From assembly GCA_964398485.1 (NCBI GenBank), contig CAYNMD010000001.1:5072-69071 (forward strand): 64,000 nt of DNA, given 5' to 3'. Below the pieces are notes generated by a model. The model had not been told where the DNA came from. It did no database searches and saw nothing but the letters and a program-made list of their open reading frames with translations. Below, piece after piece: positions 25,772 to 36,025 of this stretch. The translations under genes were made by a program, and so were the position numbers. Origin of the DNA: an uncultured Bdellovibrionales bacterium (lineage in GTDB: Bacteria > Patescibacteriota > Minisyncoccia > Moranbacterales > UBA1568). How positions within the stretch are numbered: position 1 is the first letter of the stretch; every line of letters starts with the position of its first letter.

Positions 25772-27568
25772 TTAGTAGGCGCGGATGAGGTCGACGCCGG
25801 GGTAATAGTGCTGGAGCATGCTGTCCCAGGTAGCATTATCATATTTGGCCATACGAACCGCTCCATTGGCTGAAAGCCCTACCATATGGTTGCCTCGTGA
25901 GGCGAGAGAACAAGTTGATTCGCTCTCATGTTTGCCACGTGTATCACTAGCACTGGAGAGCCAAGGATAGAGCGTAGAAGTTTTTCCCGTTTCTGTTTTA
26001 CAGCTTCTTCCCCAGTGGCCATCTTCGAAGCGGCGGGTAGTACCATCTGTCCATGAGCTGTAAGGAGTCAGCGCTACCTCACGTTCATACATGACGAGCG
26101 TTCCTTTGGTAGCTTCTGCTCCTTTTCTGATATCTGGATGATTTACTTCCCAATCGTAACCAAGGTAGACTTGATTACCAGCTGTGGCGTCAACTTTGAA
26201 GCCTTGATCGGCGTATTTGGTGCTCCATTTGAGTTTCCAGTAGCCATAGGTACGGAAAATGGTAGTCATGAGTTTGTCGTATTCATCGGGACCGCTCCCA
26301 GTAATCTCACCCATGCCCCAGACATAGTGCTCGAGGGGGAGAGTATTGATCACCCAGATGCGGTCACCATCAGACTCGGGTGAATCATAGAAACGGAGTT
26401 TGATATTGCCACGATAGCGGTCAAACGAAGAATTGGGTCGGTTGACATTAAAAATAGTATTCACACTTTCGGCTTCAAAACGAACTTCTTTGGATGTTTC
26501 AGCCAGGGTAGTATCAGTGTCAGGCTCATAGACCCTGAAACGTTTATCACCAATATATTTGACGCGGATGCTTTTATTGGCAGCAATCTGAGCAAGCATC
26601 TCGCCATTACGATGAACGACCTTCCAATCGCCATCAGCTTTGATCTTGAAGGCTGACTCACGAAGATCACCAGGAACAAAATTGAAAATACCCACAGAAA
26701 TATTGGGACCGAGTTCACTCGTGTCAAGATCGGCATCGCCCGTGTCAGTTACCTTACCTTCCTCGAGGGCTTTTTTATATCGTTCATAGCCGAGTCTGTG
26801 AGTATCGCTCCCATAGTCTTTGTAGGCTTCATATTCTGGACGATTAAAACGAAGGAGGTGCCCATAACCAGCAAATGGTTTGTGGGAGAAGTAGGTGTTT
26901 TTGTCATCACCATAACTGGTGTACTCTCTTGCGATAGGCGCGAGCGAAGCATAGCGAGTGGGATTTTTAGCCCACTTTTTATATTTTTTTGCGAGCGACT
27001 TGAGGTATTTCTTCTCAGCTTTACGGTTCTCAAAATATTTAGCACGCCATGAAACACTCACGTAGCGTTCATATTTCTTGTAGAGCTGATACTGTTCGTA
27101 TTTTTGGAATAAGAGATACTGCTTATAGAGAGGGTAGTCAGCGCTATAGTCCTCGGTAGGGGGTACTTCTTCCACTGGTGGTTCATCTGCTTCTACAGCT
27201 TCAGGCGAGGGAGTATTTTCAAGAGTAGTGGTGTCGGGAGTGGCGGGCAAGGCCGTGTCAGGGACGACTGGTTGTTCGGATGGGGGAGTCACTGGCGTTT
27301 CTACTGGGATAGGGAGTGGCTGATCCGACGGGAGAGGGAGAGGTGTTTCTGTGGTGACTGGTTCGGTTGGTGGCCCAGTCGGTGTTTCCAAAGTTCCGCT
27401 AGGAGAAACAGTCTCGGAAGGGTTAGTAATTTCAGTGGTGGTGACAGGGGGAATAGTTTCGGGGGATGATTCCTCTGCTTGAGCCACCAAAAAAACAGCG
27501 AAAAAAGCGACGCTTAGTCCAAAGGCTATTGACGAATGTGAAAAAAAGGAAAAAACAGATCGTGACAC
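25772..27568 (-). CDS. SpoIID/LytB domain protein with signal peptide and Thr/Pro-rich linker
   Basis: C-terminus EHYVWGMGE...FRTYGY...KVDATAGNQVYLGYD matches the SpoIID amidase-enhancer domain; N-terminal signal peptide; PT-rich low-complexity linker. Confidence 0.75.
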   Translation of the reverse strand: MSRSVFSFFSHSSIAFGLSVAFFAVFLVAQAEESSPETIPPVTTTEITNPSETVSPSGTLETPTGPPTEPVTTETPLPLPSDQPLPIPVETPVTPPSEQPVVPDTALPATPDTTTLENTPSPEAVEADEPPVEEVPPTEDYSADYPLYKQYLLFQKYEQYQLYKKYERYVSVSWRAKYFENRKAEKKYLKSLAKKYKKWAKNPTRYASLAPIAREYTSYGDDKNTYFSHKPFAGYGHLLRFNRPEYEAYKDYGSDTHRLGYERYKKALEEGKVTDTGDADLDTSELGPNISVGIFNFVPGDLRESAFKIKADGDWKVVHRNGEMLAQIAANKSIRVKYIGDKRFRVYEPDTDTTLAETSKEVRFEAESVNTIFNVNRPNSSFDRYRGNIKLRFYDSPESDGDRIWVINTLPLEHYVWGMGEITGSGPDEYDKLMTTIFRTYGYWKLKWSTKYADQGFKVDATAGNQVYLGYDWEVNHPDIRKGAEATKGTLVMYEREVALTPYSSWTDGTTRRFEDGHWGRSCKTETGKTSTLYPWLSSASDTRGKHESESTCSLASRGNHMVGLSANGAVRMAKYDNATWDSMLQHYYPGVDLIRAY

Positions 27569-27644
27569 AGTGTTTGTTTCTTATCCTAGTATAGCATAAA
27601 ATAGCTGCTTGCCGAGATGATTCTCTGGTATACTGAGAGGGCTT

Positions 27645-28262
27645 ATGCCTTCTCCACTAAAAACTTTTTCTTGGTTAACTATTGGGTACCTTGTGCTTTG
27701 TTTGGTGCTCTCGGTCAATCCAGTTGATCGCACAACGTGGTTTGTTGAAAATCTTACGGTTTGGATTATTATTGGTGCCATGTGGGTACTTTGGCGTTTG
27801 GATATTCGTTTCTCCTCGCTGGCGTATGGACTCATGTTTGTCTTGGTATATCTCCATACCATTGGAGGACACTATACTTTTGCTCAGGTGCCGTTTGATT
27901 GGGTGACAAATTGGTTTGGATTTGAACGCAATCACTTTGATCGAGTAGCTCATTTTACGGTTGGCTTCTATGCTTTTGCTATTGCCGAATGGCTTTTCAT
28001 AAAACGTCTCGTAGCGAATCACTTCCTTCTTTTTACATATCCTGTATGTGTGATTGCTACTGTAGCGATGAGTTATGAGCTGATTGAGTGGGTATACGCC
28101 GCGCTCGCCAATCCTGAGGCGGGCATTGCTTATCTGGGGAGTCAGGGAGATATTTGGGACGCTCAGAAGGATATGTTGGCTGATACTTTGGGGGCAATTG
28201 TAGCAACAGCACTGTTTTTTGTCGTTCGCCGACCGAGAGTCTCTCGAGTGGAACAAGAGTAA
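27645..28262 (+). CDS. membrane protein (DUF2238/YjdF-like)
   Basis: 6-TM, 205 aa; weak recollection of the family; low certainty. Confidence 0.4.
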   Translation: MPSPLKTFSWLTIGYLVLCLVLSVNPVDRTTWFVENLTVWIIIGAMWVLWRLDIRFSSLAYGLMFVLVYLHTIGGHYTFAQVPFDWVTNWFGFERNHFDRVAHFTVGFYAFAIAEWLFIKRLVANHFLLFTYPVCVIATVAMSYELIEWVYAALANPEAGIAYLGSQGDIWDAQKDMLADTLGAIVATALFFVVRRPRVSRVEQE

Positions 28263-28267
28263 ACTCT

Positions 28268-28555
28268 ATGAAGTTTCAGTTTACTGCTAAGATGTTTCGA
28301 TATACCGTGGAGCCAGCTAGTTGGTACTTTGTGGAAACAGACAAGGAACTTGCTGCTACTCTGAAGCAGTCAGCTAAACGTACTAAGGGTTTTGGATTTA
28401 TCCCAGTTGAGGTAACGGTAGGGAAAACGATTTGGCGGACTACCTTCTTTCCTACGAAAAAGAAAACCTACCTTTTGGCGATCAAGGCGATTGTTCGGCG
28501 TAAGGAGGATATCCGTGAGGGGGATTATGTTTCGGCAGATGTCAAATTAATCTAG
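28268..28555 (+). CDS. DUF1905 domain protein
   Basis: 95 aa; W.FV..P......GFG.IPV.V.VG...W.TS.FP pattern typical of DUF1905. Confidence 0.55.
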   Translation: MKFQFTAKMFRYTVEPASWYFVETDKELAATLKQSAKRTKGFGFIPVEVTVGKTIWRTTFFPTKKKTYLLAIKAIVRRKEDIREGDYVSADVKLI

Positions 28556-28567
28556 TAATGCGGTATC

Positions 28568-29323
28568 ATGTTTTTTAAAAAGGAAAAAAAATTAAAGAAT
28601 CATTCTGAGGAAATCACTGATTTTCCTATGCGGCTCAATCGATTTATGGCGTTGCGAGGTTTGGCTACGCGGAGGGGGGCAGACGAGCTTATTGCCGCTG
28701 GCTTGGTTCGAGTTGATGGTCGAGTGGCTCGGGTGGGAGAGAGGATTGAGAGTCCTCAGGCGATAGTCGAACTTACTGAAGGGGCTGGTATGTTACAGAA
28801 AGACTATATTTACATTGCTTACTACAAGCCGAGAGGTATCATTACTCATTCTCCAAAGCGGAGCGAAAGGTCTATCCAGGATATTAGCAAGATTAAAGGG
28901 GTGTTTCCGGTAGGTCGACTTGATAAGGATTCTGAGGGACTTATTATATTGACCAATGATGGTCGAGTTACTGAACGACTTTTAAGTCCACGATTTGAAC
29001 ATGAGAAAGAGTACCTTGTTTCCATCAATGAACATTGGCCACGTACTATCCAGCAGGAATTGGAACGTGGTATTGAAGAAAATGGTGAAAAACTTCACGC
29101 AAAGAAATTTTTACCAATCAATAAAAATCAAGCCACCATTGTTCTTACCGAAGGAAAGAAGCATGAGATTCGTCGTATGCTTGCCTATTTTGATTTATCA
29201 GTAAATGAACTAAGGCGAGTTCGTATTATGAATGTCCATGTGGGTTCACTCAGACCGGGTGAGGGCCGGGAACTCAGCGGGAGAGCTCGCGCTGGATTTC
29301 TCAAGGATCTTGGATTGAATTAG
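28568..29323 (+). CDS. rRNA pseudouridine synthase (RsuA/RluB family; S4 + PseudoU_synth_2)
   Basis: S4 RNA-binding domain (RLNRFMALRGLATRR) and catalytic VGRLDKDSEGLIILTNDG; probable start at internal Met about 28628. Confidence 0.85.
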   Translation: MFFKKEKKLKNHSEEITDFPMRLNRFMALRGLATRRGADELIAAGLVRVDGRVARVGERIESPQAIVELTEGAGMLQKDYIYIAYYKPRGIITHSPKRSERSIQDISKIKGVFPVGRLDKDSEGLIILTNDGRVTERLLSPRFEHEKEYLVSINEHWPRTIQQELERGIEENGEKLHAKKFLPINKNQATIVLTEGKKHEIRRMLAYFDLSVNELRRVRIMNVHVGSLRPGEGRELSGRARAGFLKDLGLN

Positions 29324-29330
29324 TAGATCT

Positions 29331-30008
29331 ATGGCAAGTTTTCGAGCTCATGTTTCATTGGGGATGGCTACGGGCGTACTTGGAGTGATGGCACTTGGCT
29401 CGGTTCTCGTGACACATGATATGTTTTTGGCGCTCAGTCTTTTTTTGGCTGCGGCACTTGGTTCAGTATTGCCTGACATTGATAGTGACTCAGGAATTCC
29501 TTTTCATGTTGCTTTTGGTTCTTTTTCTTTGGTGGGTGCTGCACTCACCGGTTCTCGAGTATATCAAGACGATCCGACGAATGTGACCAATGTTCTTAGT
29601 TGGTCTCTTGGTGCCTTCTTCTTTATCTATGTCTTTATTGGTTGGTGTTTCAAACGTTTTACGCGACATCGTGGCATGGCTCATTCACTCCCGGCTGCAC
29701 TTTTGGCGGGACTCCTCTTGTTTTTTGTAGTGGTCAGATTTGCCTATAGTGATGAAGAAGCCTTCTTACTTGCTCTCGCTCTTGTTGCTGGGTATATTGG
29801 CCATCTGGTACTTGATGAACTCTATGCGGCTACAAATTTTCATGGGCGACCCTTTATTCCAAATAAAGCTCTGGGGAGCGCGCTAAAACTTACTTCAGAT
29901 AACACTATAATTAATCTGACCGTCTATGGTGCTCTTCTTTTTTTGCTAGCTGGGAACGTTGGTCGTTTCTCCCTTCTTTTCGAGAAATTTTGGGAGACAG
30001 TCCAGTAG
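29331..30008 (+). CDS. membrane-bound metal-dependent hydrolase-like protein (YdjM/DUF457 family)
   Basis: Polytopic membrane protein with LPDIDS motif. Confidence 0.5.
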   Translation: MASFRAHVSLGMATGVLGVMALGSVLVTHDMFLALSLFLAAALGSVLPDIDSDSGIPFHVAFGSFSLVGAALTGSRVYQDDPTNVTNVLSWSLGAFFFIYVFIGWCFKRFTRHRGMAHSLPAALLAGLLLFFVVVRFAYSDEEAFLLALALVAGYIGHLVLDELYAATNFHGRPFIPNKALGSALKLTSDNTIINLTVYGALLFLLAGNVGRFSLLFEKFWETVQ

Positions 30009-30036
30009 GAGTTTGCTAGTATATGGGGGATGATGC

Positions 30037-30636
30037 TTGAAAAATAATTCTATGCGAACATACGGAAAAATTATTCCCGATCTTATCATCGATGGTGTCC
30101 CGGCTCCCTACGGTGTTGTGAATGAGCGTGAAATTCGGGCGACAGCAGGAATTATGCTAGTTCTTGGTCTTTCTGCCTTTTACAGTGTTGTTTATGATAA
30201 AAATGTTGAGTTTGCTTTTTGGGTTGTTCTGGCTTTTTGGATAGACTTTGTTTTGAAAGTGGTAATTGACCCAGAGTGGTCATATATCGGTCGAATCGGT
30301 GCTTGGATCGTACGTCGTCAGAAACCAGAATATGTCGGAGCGATTCAGAAACGCTTTGCTTGGTCAATTGGCCTGATACTTTCGAGTATCGTCCTTGTCC
30401 TTATTGCTCGGATCAACTTTTTTTCCGGAGCGACCTGCAGTGCGACGGTATTGTCGCCTTGCTTTGTCCCGATGATTCTTTGCGGTATCTGCCTGTTTTT
30501 TATGTGGTTGGAATCAGCTGGTGGTATTTGTGTTGGGTGTCAGATATATTCTTGGCTGCTTAAAAAGGGATGGATACAGGAACCTATTTACAGACCAGCC
30601 TGTCCTGGAGGAGTCTGCTCGCTTGAAAAGCATTAA
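30037..30636 (+). CDS. membrane protein with C-terminal Cys cluster (possibly DUF4395-like)
   Basis: 4 TM; CGICLF...CVGC. Confidence 0.35.
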   Translation: MKNNSMRTYGKIIPDLIIDGVPAPYGVVNEREIRATAGIMLVLGLSAFYSVVYDKNVEFAFWVVLAFWIDFVLKVVIDPEWSYIGRIGAWIVRRQKPEYVGAIQKRFAWSIGLILSSIVLVLIARINFFSGATCSATVLSPCFVPMILCGICLFFMWLESAGGICVGCQIYSWLLKKGWIQEPIYRPACPGGVCSLEKH

Positions 30637-30655
30637 TTTTTTAGAGAATAAACAT

Positions 30656-31072
30656 ATGGATATTAACTATTGGGCTGTGTTTGTGTGCGCGATACTTTCA
30701 ATGGCGATCGGTTTTCTTTGGTATGGACCGCTCTTCGAAAAGAAGTGGATGGAAGTCAATGAGCTTTCTCCTAATGACCTCGCCAAACGAGAATCAATGC
30801 AAAAAAGTGCCGGACCGCTGTATGTTGTCCAGTTTATGCTTTCTCTCCTGCAGATTTATATTTTGGCACATTTTATTAAAGGGTGGGCAGAAGTTTCTGG
30901 AGTGGAAAGTGCTCTTTGGATTTGGCTTGGCTTTGTGATGCCGACCGTGGCTGGACTTTCGATGTGGAACGCAAAACCCGCCAAGGTTCGTTGGATGTTA
31001 TTTGGTCTCTCGACTGGCTATCAACTGGTGAGCTTTGTTGTTTTTGGTCTCGTTTTAAGTATCTGGAAGTAG
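30656..31072 (+). CDS. DUF1761 family membrane protein
   Basis: MDINYWAVFVCAILSMAIGFLWYGPLFEKKW... typical DUF1761 N-terminus; internal ATG of the tool ORF 30521..31072. Confidence 0.5.
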   Translation: MDINYWAVFVCAILSMAIGFLWYGPLFEKKWMEVNELSPNDLAKRESMQKSAGPLYVVQFMLSLLQIYILAHFIKGWAEVSGVESALWIWLGFVMPTVAGLSMWNAKPAKVRWMLFGLSTGYQLVSFVVFGLVLSIWK

Positions 31073-31084
31073 TATAGGAAGAAT

Positions 31085-31468
31085 ATGCGTTCACGTTCTC
31101 TCCGCCAGCTCAGGAAGCTTCTCGATGGGTGGTCAGTGCCACATTTTCTTTTTGGAGTAGTAGTAGCTACGGCGGCTATTGCTTTTGAGTGGTCTCTGGT
31201 AGTAGCTTTTGTCACGATGCTCGTCGTAGCAGTTGCTTGGGAGTATTTTGAGAGACGTATCAATATTAAGGAAGCATTCGGAAATCCGTGGATGGATATT
31301 GTTCTTCCTATCATGGCTTTTGGCCTCACACTTCTTTTGGTTGATCAGAAGCCACTTCACCAAGAGGAGCATATTGGCCTTTTTGTTTGTGCAACCGGCC
31401 TTTTTTTGTTTGTGAATGGAGCTGCTTGGAAGGCTCGTTTTGAACGTGATCGAGATTTTTTGAGCTAA
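31085..31468 (+). CDS. hypothetical membrane protein
   Basis: 3-4 TM helices; no domain. Confidence 0.35.
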   Translation: MRSRSLRQLRKLLDGWSVPHFLFGVVVATAAIAFEWSLVVAFVTMLVVAVAWEYFERRINIKEAFGNPWMDIVLPIMAFGLTLLLVDQKPLHQEEHIGLFVCATGLFLFVNGAAWKARFERDRDFLS

Positions 31469-31510
31469 GGCCGCGACCAGATCGCTTATTGAGGGTAGGG
31501 GATGATATTC

Positions 31511-31539
31511 TTGACATAAATTAGGTATTTGTGTACACT
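31511..31539 (+). promoter_or_regulatory. sigma70-like promoter TTGACA-N17-TACACT
   Basis: Sequence motif upstream of the GC-rich ORF. Confidence 0.35.
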
Positions 31540-31632
31540 TCGCAATTGTCTACGGTCAGGCATGACCAAAGAACGTGCAGAAGGGGTCCACCGGATCTCG
31601 CACGCGCCCCAACCCAATGAAGGAGGCACCCA

Positions 31633-31982
31633 TGCAACAACCTCAAGCCCAGATGACCGCCGGTGGCAAGCCCTCGCGCCGCAGCGGCCGTGGCAGCAAG
31701 CGCTTCACGATTGTCCGCAATGGCCAGAAGATCGAGGGCCTGAACGAGAGCCAGCTGCGCGGCCTGATCGACTGGGAGCACTGCGACGGCGAGCACAAGG
31801 GCGAGAAGGTCGCAAGCCTGTTCATCGGTCAGGCCGGTGACGACCAGATCGCCATCGCTCAGGGCGACGACAAGCGTGGCATCACGCTCTACAAGCCGGC
31901 CGAGGTGTTGGTCGCCATGAGCCGCCTGGACGCCCTGTGCCACAAGGTGTTCGACAAGCAGCGCGCCGCCGGCAAGATCTGA
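31633..31982 (+). CDS. hypothetical protein encoded by an extremely GC3-rich ORF (likely horizontally acquired)
   Basis: ATG at 31633 preceded by AAGGAGG; 116 aa; almost every codon ends in G/C, unlike all neighbouring genes. Confidence 0.5.
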
Positions 31983-32379
31983 TCGCTGGCGCGCCGCCGG
32001 CTACAACTGAAACTGCTCACCGCGGAACCCACGGTTGAGCCCAACCCACCCGAGCATCCAGAAAGGAGATGACTCGGGTGAATTATTTTTTAGAAAAATT
32101 TACAACAAAAAAACTGACCAAAAGCCAGTGATGATTTCTCTTATGCTGCTTGAAAAACCGAAAGCCCTCAATGCGGGAGGATGGGTCTGGATCCCCGTAA
32201 ATGAGCTTGTCGGAAAAATTCATTTTCCCGGTAAACCAGGTGGGTTCCAATTTTCGCCCTCCGTTCTGAAGGCTCTGGGGTCATTATAGCACGTTTTTAT
32301 TTCTGTCAATAGCCTGATCAAAAAATTTTGATAAATGAGGGGGCGCTCGATGCTATACTACAGTTACTCATGCTGCAAC

Positions 32380-33312
32380 ATGGCATTTTTCAAGAACAAA
32401 CATCACTCAGATCTTTCTATTGGCGTTCTTACCCTTGCTCTTTTGGCAGGTATTTCCTTGCCTGAGCTTCTCGCGCCTCTTCAGATATGGAGCACCATCT
32501 TGCTACAGATTATTTTTTTTCTCACGAGCCTTCGTATTGAGCTGCGTGGGTTGTGGCAAGAGTTTCGAGACGTACGCGCGATAGTAGTGGTGACATGCTT
32601 CATGTTGGTGATCCTTCCGCTCTTGGCCTATGTCAGTATGCGTCCTTTGGGGGAGGACTTGGCTCTGGCTCTCTTTCTGTTAGCGGCGATGCCAGTCGGT
32701 ATGACAACCCCACTTTTAGCGCAGCTTCTGGGGCTGAATGTGTCATTAGCGTTGGTGTTTACACTCTCAACCTCCCTACTGCTTCCTGTGACGCTCCCGC
32801 TCCTCTTTGGGGTAGCGCTTCCCCAATCAGTGGCAATTGATCTCTCACACCTTTTTGTAACCCTTGTTCAGGTAATTCTCTTCCCGTTTCTTTTGGCACA
32901 AATAGTACGACGATTTCTACCAAGTGCAATCGAGCGTGCTTCTGCAACTATCAAAAAACTTGGTCTATTCTCTATGTGTCTTCTGATGGCGGGGATTGCA
33001 GCACGATATCATGAAGAGCTTGTTGGTCGTTTTTCTCTCGAATATCTTTTTGGACTCTTGGTGTTGACTGGATTTTTTATTATTGTTCATGTACTGAGTT
33101 ACTGGCTCCTCTGGTGGCGTAATGTTTCGGATCGAATGACCGTGGTACTGTCAGTGGTGTATATGAATTTTACTCTGGCTATCTACATCGCCCAGCAGTT
33201 TTTCCCCGATCCGGAGATTCTCCTCTATACTATTCTTTCAATTATTCCTTGGAATATTGGTATGCTCCTGTTTCGCCAAATGCTTGGCAAACAAAAAAAT
33301 AGCTTTGTGTAA
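32380..33312 (+). CDS. sodium-dependent transporter, bile acid:sodium symporter (BASS/SBF)-like family
   Basis: About 9-10 TM, 310 aa, family-like segments (AAMPVGMTTPLLAQLLGLN); start at internal Met of the tool ORF. Confidence 0.45.
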   Translation: MAFFKNKHHSDLSIGVLTLALLAGISLPELLAPLQIWSTILLQIIFFLTSLRIELRGLWQEFRDVRAIVVVTCFMLVILPLLAYVSMRPLGEDLALALFLLAAMPVGMTTPLLAQLLGLNVSLALVFTLSTSLLLPVTLPLLFGVALPQSVAIDLSHLFVTLVQVILFPFLLAQIVRRFLPSAIERASATIKKLGLFSMCLLMAGIAARYHEELVGRFSLEYLFGLLVLTGFFIIVHVLSYWLLWWRNVSDRMTVVLSVVYMNFTLAIYIAQQFFPDPEILLYTILSIIPWNIGMLLFRQMLGKQKNSFV

Positions 33313-33317
33313 TCACT

Positions 33318-34364
33318 ATGACAAAAAAACGAGCACTCACAATTTGTTTCTTGATGATAATACTCAGTGGAAGAGTAGTACTGATTACTCGTCTCCAGCT
33401 GTCCCATTCAACCGATATCATCTTGGAAGAGTCGAGCGATAGAGAGGGTGATCAAGAGAGGCTTACAGCGGATCAAAAAATTGAGTCAGTACCACATTCG
33501 GTTTCACTCCCAGCATTGATGGAGAAGAATTTTACAGGTAGTGATCTCAAGCTTGTGTCGGTGCTTGATCGCGGCAGTGCTTATACTCGGTATCGCATGA
33601 GCTATACCAGTGGAGCTTTTACTATCTCGGGAATCGCCAATATTCCCCATGGAGAAGGGCCATTTCCAGTACTCCTCCTCAATCACGGCTATATTGATCC
33701 AAAAATTTATACCAACGGTCGGGGTCTAAAGCGAGAACAAGATTATCTCGCTCGGCGAGGGTACGCTGTTTTTCATTCTGATTATCGCAATCACGCAGAA
33801 TCGGATGATGATCCGGAGAATGAATTAAATTTTCGTTTGGGGTATACCGAAGATGTTATTAATTTGGTGTATGCTCTACAGTCGGCAAAATTACCTTTTC
33901 TTGATGCCGAGCGAGTGGGCATGTTGGGCCACTCTATGGGTGGTGGGGTGACGATCAACACACTGGTTGTGCAGCCAGATTTGGTTGATGCAGCAGTTTT
34001 GTTTGCTCCAGTTTCGGCAAACTATGAACGGAACTATGAACGTTGGACAAAACGTGAGAGTGAAACGGGCAAGAAAATTATTGAGCGCTATGGTACCCCG
34101 GAGACGAATCCAGATTTTTGGCACGGGGTCTCGGCAAAGAATTATTTTGATCGCATACAGTCTCCCATTCAAAACCATCATGGTACCAAGGATGATTCGG
34201 TTGAGATCAAATGGTCTGATGAGCTAGCTGTTTGGTTGAAAGAGGCAGGTAAGAGTTTGGATTATCATGTTTACCCAGGTGAGCCACACGAGTTTACCCT
34301 AGCATGGCCGACCGTGATGCAGCGGACAGTTGAATTTTTTGATCAACATCTGAAATCATCTTGA
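33318..34364 (+). CDS. alpha/beta hydrolase (S9 prolyl oligopeptidase/dienelactone hydrolase-like)
   Basis: GHSMGG nucleophile elbow; Asp and His in the C-terminal half; N-terminal signal/anchor. Confidence 0.7.
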   Translation: MTKKRALTICFLMIILSGRVVLITRLQLSHSTDIILEESSDREGDQERLTADQKIESVPHSVSLPALMEKNFTGSDLKLVSVLDRGSAYTRYRMSYTSGAFTISGIANIPHGEGPFPVLLLNHGYIDPKIYTNGRGLKREQDYLARRGYAVFHSDYRNHAESDDDPENELNFRLGYTEDVINLVYALQSAKLPFLDAERVGMLGHSMGGGVTINTLVVQPDLVDAAVLFAPVSANYERNYERWTKRESETGKKIIERYGTPETNPDFWHGVSAKNYFDRIQSPIQNHHGTKDDSVEIKWSDELAVWLKEAGKSLDYHVYPGEPHEFTLAWPTVMQRTVEFFDQHLKSS

Positions 34365-34368
34365 AATT

Positions 34369-35571
34369 ATGCAAAGAATTTGGTGGATAATTGGAATTGT
34401 ATTGACCCTTGTCCTTTTTTGGATTGGTGCTCAATGGTTGGCGCTTTTTGAAGGGGGTTGGGCGCCTGGTGAAGTTCGTCAAATCTCGCCCCAGTCTCCA
34501 AATCCCGTTCCACTTTTAGAAAAACAAACGGCAGTAGAGCGGCGTTTGGTCATTGAGGCAGTAGCTACTGGATTGGATACCCCATGGAGTCTCGTTTTTA
34601 CGGATAGTGACCGTATATTGGTTGCAGAACGTCCCGGGCGGATTCGAGTGGTGAGCAAAGGAGAACTTAGAGAGAAGCCGCTCTATACTTTTGCTGAGGT
34701 TTCTGAAACTGGCGAAGAGGGGCTTATGTCCATGGTGCTTGATCCAAACTACAGAGAGAATCGATGGCTCTATGTAGCACTGGCGTATCCAGGAAGCACT
34801 GGGCTTTTGGTTCGAGTAATGCGCTTTACTGATAAGGGGGATTCTTTCATTGAGCCGAAGATTATTCTCGATCAGATTCCAGCCGCCAAGTACCATGCTG
34901 GATCGGCTATGATCTTTGGACCAGACGGGAAACTCTATATTACCACTGGTGATGCGACAGAAAAAAAATTAGCTCAAGATCTTGGATCGCTAGCAGGTAA
35001 AGTGCTTCGGATAAATGCTGATGGGAGTATCCCGAGTGATAATCCGTTCTCGGGGAGTCTTGTTTGGTCATACGGTCATCGGAATTCACAGGGGATCGCT
35101 TGGCATCCGTTGATGGAGAAATTTTATGCAAGTGAACACGGCCCGTCAGTATTTGACGGCCCAGCTGGTGGGGATGAGATCAACTTGATAGAAAGGGGTA
35201 AGAATTATGGTTGGCCGCTCGTTTCACATGAGAATTCATATGAAGGAACAGAAGCTCCCCTTATTAGCTTTACACCCGCGGAAGCCCCGGCATCCATGAT
35301 GGTTTATTCAGGAAGGGGGAATCAAAAATGGCAGGGAAATCTTTTCTTCGGAGCGCTTCGTGGAGAGGGGATAGTACGTATAGAGCTCGACCAATCTGAT
35401 CCGAAAAAAATTATTCGTGTCGAGAAATTATCAGAGGTGCGGTTCGGGCGGATTCGTGCAATAGTAGAAGCACCTGATGGTTCGATCTATTTCACTACCT
35501 CCAATCGTGATGGGCGCGGTAAGCCAGTACATGATGATGATAGAATAATGCGGATACGATTTGTGGAGTAA
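34369..35571 (+). CDS. PQQ-dependent glucose/sorbosone dehydrogenase family (soluble aldose sugar dehydrogenase-like beta-propeller)
   Basis: GLDTPWSLVFTDSDRILVAERPGRIRVV and repeated propeller blades; signal peptide. Confidence 0.8.
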   Translation: MQRIWWIIGIVLTLVLFWIGAQWLALFEGGWAPGEVRQISPQSPNPVPLLEKQTAVERRLVIEAVATGLDTPWSLVFTDSDRILVAERPGRIRVVSKGELREKPLYTFAEVSETGEEGLMSMVLDPNYRENRWLYVALAYPGSTGLLVRVMRFTDKGDSFIEPKIILDQIPAAKYHAGSAMIFGPDGKLYITTGDATEKKLAQDLGSLAGKVLRINADGSIPSDNPFSGSLVWSYGHRNSQGIAWHPLMEKFYASEHGPSVFDGPAGGDEINLIERGKNYGWPLVSHENSYEGTEAPLISFTPAEAPASMMVYSGRGNQKWQGNLFFGALRGEGIVRIELDQSDPKKIIRVEKLSEVRFGRIRAIVEAPDGSIYFTTSNRDGRGKPVHDDDRIMRIRFVE

Positions 35572-35590
35572 TTTTTTGAAGAACACAACA

Positions 35591-35956
35591 ATGAATGTCA
35601 AAGAACTTTTTAAGGTTGCCTCACTACCAGTAATACTTGCTTCACTTTGTTGTCTCTCACCCCTCATCCTGGTCATGTTGGGACTTTCTACGGTCGGGTT
35701 TGCTGCCTCACTTGCAGACTCGTTTTATGGTGAATACAAATGGTATTTTCGATTGGTAGGACTCCTGGCTCTTGCGGGGGCGTATTTTGTCTATTTACGC
35801 AAACAAGGGGTGTGTACTCTCGATCAGGCCCGACGTGAACGCAACAAAATCATTAATCAATTTCTCCTCCTCGTTATCACGGGCATTGTTGGGTATCTTT
35901 TCTTTCTTTATGTGGTGGTTCATTATGTGGGGGTGTGGTTCAAAATTTGGGAGTAA
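35591..35956 (+). CDS. hypothetical membrane protein
   Basis: Hydrophobic segments, CC pair; no domain. Confidence 0.35.
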   Translation: MNVKELFKVASLPVILASLCCLSPLILVMLGLSTVGFAASLADSFYGEYKWYFRLVGLLALAGAYFVYLRKQGVCTLDQARRERNKIINQFLLLVITGIVGYLFFLYVVVHYVGVWFKIWE

Positions 35957-36025
35957 ATAACTAATTCTCTTGACAGATGAGTTAAAAATTGATAGTCTTC
36001 GTATTCAATCATTATCCTATCATTC

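Noticed and set aside
32035-32289. 84-aa ORF after the GC-rich islet
   Set aside because: No RBS, it straddles a composition boundary and contains a hairpin/terminator-like element.
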